A stretch of DNA of 64,000 nucleotides, taken from the NCBI GenBank assembly GCA_964019335.1, contig OZ025711.1, positions 124,001-188,000 of the forward strand. Reading direction: 5' to 3'. The stretch comes from Diplonema japonicum. Taxonomy: Eukaryota > Protista > Euglenozoa: Diplonemea. Within the stretch, counting starts at the first letter, position 1; the number at the start of each line of letters is the position of its first letter. Shown here in pieces: positions 62,801 through 64,000 of this stretch. The notes below the pieces were generated by a model. It ran no database searches. It saw nothing but the letters and a program-made list of their open reading frames with translations, and was not told where the DNA came from. Made by a program: the position numbers and the translations under genes.

Positions 62801-64000
62801 CAACGCCGCTGAACTGCACGAAAGCGACGCGGATCTTCCTGGAGGTAGGGTCTGTGGTCACGGGGGCCCCCGCCTTCTCCCCGCTCAAGGGCAATCCCCC
62901 TACCCACGCCCTCAGCATCTCCACCATCCCGTAGAAGCCGTGCGGGTGGCGCCCGAAGACTTGGCTCATCGATGCCGACCCGTCGAACACAACCACCAGG
63001 TCCAACGTGGGGCACGTCCCGTACTTCTGGTCCACGCAGGTCTTGTCCCCCGAGAGCCAGAAGCAGCCGGGCTCCTTGTGGCACGCGCACTGCTCCTTAA
63101 GCATCCCGCACTCCTTCTCCTTGCAGATGCTGGTTGCAGTGTCCGTCAGGCACGCGGCGTCTTGGTTGCACTCGTCCTCGTTGCAGATGCTCGTCTCCAT
63201 GTTGCAGTACTTCCTGCAGTACTTCACCTCGCAGGCACCCGGGGCGATCGCCGTGCTCCACTCGCAGCTGTCGTCTGCCATGCAGAGCTTCTCGTTCCCG
63301 TACTGCTTGCACGGGGCGGGCACACATTTGTTGTTGCTGTTCCACACGCACATCCCCGGCTCCGTTGTCTCGCACGCCGCCTGGTTCCCGTAGTTGCATT
63401 TCTTCACCTCGCACTCCACAGCATCCACGTTCCACGCGCACTCCAAGTCCAGGTTGCAACTGTCCATGTTGTCGTACACGCACGGCTTCTTCTTGCAGTC
63501 CTGCTTCACGTTGTCCCACACACACACAGCGGGGTCTGCGAGGCAGCCCTGCTCGTTGTCGTGCTTGCACTCTTTCCCGATGCACACGCTGTTCTTCCAT
63601 TCGCACTCTGCGTCGACAACGCACTCCGCTTGCCCTGGGTACTTGCACACCTCCTCCTTCCCGCAAGAGTTCACCGTTCCGTTCCACTTGCACAGGTTCA
63701 CCGTGTCGGCCGTGCACTTTGCGCTGTCGCAGTGCTCAAGGCACGGCGAGTCCGCGCACGACAGGGTCGCATCGAACCACACGCAGCCGGTATCCTTGTT
63801 GCAAGAATCCTTCATAGAGTGGAGCTGGCAGGGCTGCCTCCCCTCCGCAACCACCCCGACGTACTTGCCCCAAGCCGCATTCGGGTCGCACAACCCGTTC
63901 AGCGAGGTCGCGATCTCGTCCACCTGCACGTTCACGATGTGGCCGGTCTTGGGGTCAGACACCAGGGGTTGCAGAGTCTGCTGCGCCTTCTCGTCGAGGG
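50886..64000 (-). CDS. Giant type I membrane vWA/Cys-rich protein, C-terminal part (>4370 aa; 5' end outside the window)
   Basis: The frame is open to the window end (...LDEKAQQTLQPLVSDPK). It has one partial and 7 complete vWA domains at ~1.5-kb spacing, Cys/Trp repeats, EGF motifs (CKCKPGWSGPEC, CSNHGKC...CVCDGGWIGADC), a TM helix AALILVLWIVIVALIAFLVFALI and a ~38-aa acidic cytoplasmic tail. Confidence 0.95.
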   Translation of the reverse strand, partial: LDEKAQQTLQPLVSDPKTGHIVNVQVDEIATSLNGLCDPNAAWGKYVGVVAEGRQPCQLHSMKDSCNKDTGCVWFDATLSCADSPCLEHCDSAKCTADTVNLCKWNGTVNSCGKEEVCKYPGQAECVVDAECEWKNSVCIGKECKHDNEQGCLADPAVCVWDNVKQDCKKKPCVYDNMDSCNLDLECAWNVDAVECEVKKCNYGNQAACETTEPGMCVWNSNNKCVPAPCKQYGNEKLCMADDSCEWSTAIAPGACEVKYCRKYCNMETSICNEDECNQDAACLTDTATSICKEKECGMLKEQCACHKEPGCFWLSGDKTCVDQKYGTCPTLDLVVVFDGSASMSQVFGRHPHGFYGMVEMLRAWVGGLPLSGEKAGAPVTTDPTSRKIRVAFVQFSGVATAPLTKTPIAGSAIKTPAGVGAAGRLSGDFAELSADLDWHEANFMEKGTYVNLGLQMAASILSSSPTDGRRRAVYVITDGQLQDQAYLEDAKAKLDSVSAEVFGIVVRRFASHTKVDTDAEEALKPITSSPHDKHFVNVDMDELASSSSPLTQLCDPATDFGSSIAMGVAGGKHQPCNAYTTKKNCMKDVGCSWNQLSCGTSPCVMHCNETTCNQDVVNECVNGWDSSDETCYRKAVCAGDTVTTCTAETGCQWNASTSGCEVKPCYHTSEDGCIADTEYVCEWKNSECRVKPCVMYTESKCTTNGCEWNSSSKCTPVKCTPYTVKDECKADVLCQWEEVGSKCVVRPCVEYINDRSCDADKKCHWDTTAAPGSCQLKPCARFENETTCGLDTGCKWDGAEQVCVEKTCHTIPGKCECQQDAACFWSTAGGRARCEEQVFGKCPTLDVVLVLDGSGSMSQSFGRHPHGFYAMMEMVRDWVKTLPLSGELSSVGSNSAPSTGGVRLGLVQFSGEPNSVNPATGGVVNSAQRTPPAVGSGGRLSGDLVQLESDITWHEDNYMAQLTFIEEGLNMAADMLTNDSPLDGRRRIVIIITDGVLMDGDRLTTVRAKLQQLQVITFGIAVRRFNAHSAQDDAAEAALKPVVSEKEDDHFMSLTMDEIPEEVLTGLCDPNSKWGKFVSAVGGGSSGTGNSTVPCVQLDGKITCNRNTGCVWSDTTLSCSVTPCYDHCDKTSCDADVDNHCTFETATQGCTKKPPCSYTADPECSRDAECTWKDSKCVEKPCQHEDEEPCLLDAEGCVWDSVEKECTPEPCQRQTTKVGCDDLADICVWDTTGKNGDVCKPKRCVSCSTGNQTCCESAENKLWCDYTASNTCVEKPCVGYVDELSCSSATESQCEWDPTTSPGMCKEKYCSKFNETTCDLEPACAWDFGACDTKRCENVGEHCKCTTDPSCFWHDGTCVDVHYGACPTMDIVVLLDGSASMTQSFGRHPNGYYALIEMLKDWVSLLPLAGDLGAAGKDPTKYPSGSARISIVQFSGDKNLAGTNSALVSADGAKGRLSGYVPELRQDLSFQEHNHVAKDTFLNEALDMAVGQLSGPLYPVDGRKKIVLVLLGSPVMDESMLSGPLGKIQAIGAHLVGIVVRRSDSHATLDNDAEASLKPIVTEPTDAHFKNIAIDNLKEEVFDKWCNPSTAWGSWLVDLKTTDSHLPCSFHSSSPECNRDSGCAWNDGLVACTVTPCLQYCSKNLCEDLSDPANRCQFNVTGDSTCTKEKICAYVDEQGCMADYECMWTNDRCEPTPCQHHTEPACVSDLVGCEWTSDKCTVKKCLHTTSVDCIDDEECDWDPTSSVCGPKVCTYTAEKECTDDMKCDWKATKCEKKRCAEHLEEGSCISEAGCEWEVNASPSYCKETYCSRWTDEAGCNSDAACDWDGSTCVPSTCMRNNGKPCDCAADPSCFWVESRKSCVEAAFGACPPLDIVVMFDGTDSMQGGFGRHPNGFDALMEMLKDWVRSLPLNGDSYIVPKTSAKTAGTRVAFVQIGPSVQPMLVTSPTNPATPSAAGLLSGDLNQLLGDLAFHSANMLGGNGRFMEKAATHAETVLSSQSPTTRKQVVLMLTSGKVSDEDKLKLAMATLDPTVQVFGATVRRLSTRTTEDNAAANQMKALVSVTHAEHFLDLEIDELNEKVLSALCDRTKTFGAAMLKDMTPASGANQPCSTYSVVGNCRADTGCVWSESLLQCTAHPCRSHGCDQTACTADTACEWTQEGSCFKKPPTCPGQQTQPTCDAVTENGGCAWVMVDVNVYRCVEKPCVGHHAEDSCITDPNVCEWNSKTSECTKKECTYSTEQECVAAPEVCEWSVDHCKKKRCTAMDETTCVVDDACEWDTVCKFKKCRQHDDEQTCDHDKDCHWDVSESPSKCDVKVCLKYTSEGACETDPELRCSWDVANNKCADKDCSEITTPCPCNKDLGCYWDTSFNVNGGACVSGSFGGCPLMDVVVLVDGTTSMKSAFGRHGSGYQAVMEFLRDWAKTLPLSGDTGKIAASVKVGGGVRLGVVQFAAQGRATKTGPTVGSGGHVTGMLSELEADLDYQEAKMIDTSDAYIAGALQLAQAMFTRPDRKKVLIVISDSIIMDAGRAEANAAVSSLFGAGVKVFGVLLRPAAAFPSTAGDARDAMLNVLSNVRDEHFLDAQIEDLKTILDTLCDPSQQFGRLIASAEGGAGALKPKQPCPMYFEKNVCNKDAACRWSASLLVCSDSACVRHCDEDVCKADSSNLCEWDATEKICYKKPICDHPISECAADPGCEWKATSSVCVEKECQHQAESGCLSDPVGCIWDSQKDHCLPRPCTYTVKEACNLDPTCTWDAAVVGTQAWVSCVEEPCTTTNPTECLKDNRRCQWEANKCTTKPCVQHLDEKTCDHDEACHWDVSESPTICSEKYCRKMKSEGLCNDDTKCAWSSSDNLCKEVVCSDLADQCACNEREFCTWDKQSTVCKNVDFGGCPSMDVAVVFDGSGSMSQSFGRHPHGFYAMIESLRDWFKTLPLTNEPAGTATAPAPGVRVGLIQFSPSNGALKTPPGTGTGGRFSGNLAELQVDLDWHETNYAMQQTYISEALNYAGLMFQSAAASGRARILLILTDGKIHDASQLSAARAVLDGQGVQTFGVVLRRFSQHTQTDIDAEQVLSTIVSEPREDHYMNIPLDDFSNTVLKDFCNPNSKFGEIILAYQGATGAGHVPCGSYNEAATCWKDGLCVWNDVDVACQWSSCHKHCSQAICEANKDEQDKACAWADGGCGRTVECTQTTENACRAAECFWSTTATCVVMPCTATSEDGCVADPHGCEWDDVTSICKIKECNDKTQMPCDVKTNCQWDGAIDQCVEKPCVPYTMQTECEKHSFDCKWEGGVCTVVNGCVAQTNEKECNTDVSGDCEWKTAHSPAHCGVKVCRKYGTEADCEAADKGATDGCAWDKTKMKCDEGVLLCKGETAPCSCGQTPGCMWDAKTLKCAASMFANCPAVDLVVAIDGSLSMGERFGRHPHGFFAVTEMVLDLAKTLPLSGEAAGVASDASLASGFRVGMVQFSARGEAMKAPAGTGTEGRLSGVLAEVDADVHWHEDQFTSHATDASFLTQAMEMAAKMFDASPADRKKVLLVVADGDIPDAEASSMVTVSGLLEQQKVQVFAVHVRLYSTSSTQDEKDTAKMEAFVTSPSNSHVQDVMMEELEEVLTNLCNENSTFGYFLSKHGESVHKSSCSEWTMPAGCEADSSCMWSMVKSACAASPCVQHCAQAACEADVANMCGWDGASCSRKVCAYTVKDSCDTVQGCRWATGVTGVEECKPEVGCPAKFTEDMCVADTNCKWDSSDNECKERHGCVVYTSLPECNADGECAWNTATSQCEDKTGCAVHIAEKTCTPDDECRWDTVEKVCVEKNCAYYTDAAACEAPEAGGACKWNTTDGKCVEVDGCASYNAEAASAQANCNDDVACQWKDNTCVDKSGCAKYLVEVICDRNTDASGAQCAWNGTTCEQAKGCARHTSSVMCFGNPGEDCDWFTGDDMGTGGEAVCAEECLVRTSEPVCTKQAGCGWVDNKCVKLGCAVHTLEQPCDSDSRIGGCAWLPDESKCVPKNPGACIIRDSKDSCVAGTGSEKNKCKWVEAKDAEAAPGQKSGECIVNPNHGKCGTDNKGCCKCKPGWSGPECNLCGFDESSDRETCTLCSREGTCSNHGKCGEDNLCVCDGGWIGADCSLRGCADAAPYWYTAYPNQPLKDQKFSLIIHGCFNASSTKDRVVRVVNATTGDPVEDCKLAQCTETETNKALMIGAGSCMKSVQQNMSLVEPVSEMELLVDMKATFEAAKSENEYTVCWFDGTSFKPLVTHDRDGNRKDTIKVTAEPDADTGLITEKGGNGGGGEECCEGLKLGEACLPAALILVLWIVIVALIAFLVFALIKSQKQKGELDDKSNNKKFDDFEMEDGNRTMLRDEDKVN

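Noticed and set aside
22842-63817. Dozens of overlapping ORFs on alternative frames and strands within the giant genes
   Set aside because: Expected shadows of GC-rich, codon-biased coding DNA.

Overview
Eukaryotic genomic DNA, most likely from a diplonemid (Euglenozoa). Support: a 38-nt diplonemid-type spliced-leader (SL) exon, a paraflagellar-rod family gene, a euglenozoan-type F1 ATP synthase beta subunit, and genes with tiny GT-AG introns. Layout: (i) 1-14.1 kb is a minus-strand gene cluster (His/Gln-rich protein, ATP synthase beta, a small hypothetical ORF, PFR-family protein, kelch protein). Six 31-60 nt introns, all phase 0, restore these reading frames. (ii) 14.1-22.8 kb is a repeat-filled divergent strand-switch region. 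(iii) 22.8-41.7 kb is an apparently intronless giant adhesin-like gene (signal peptide, Ig-like plus C-type lectin tip, 7 vWA domains, Cys-rich repeats, long EGF-like array), cut off by a 200-N gap. (iv) 41.9-47.7 kb is an element-rich block: a (T3-4GCGGG)19 tract, a frameshifted AlkB-family dioxygenase ORF whose 5' UTR begins with a genomic SL exon, and a second, truncated copy of that ORF. (v) Then a GH18 chitinase-like gene with a degenerate catalytic motif. (vi) 50.9-64 kb is the C-terminal, membrane-anchored part of a giant vWA protein, possibly the continuation of the gene in (iii). The best candidate for an undescribed system is the SL-headed, multicopy AlkB-encoding element. No reverse transcriptase is visible in the window, so its mobility is inferred.
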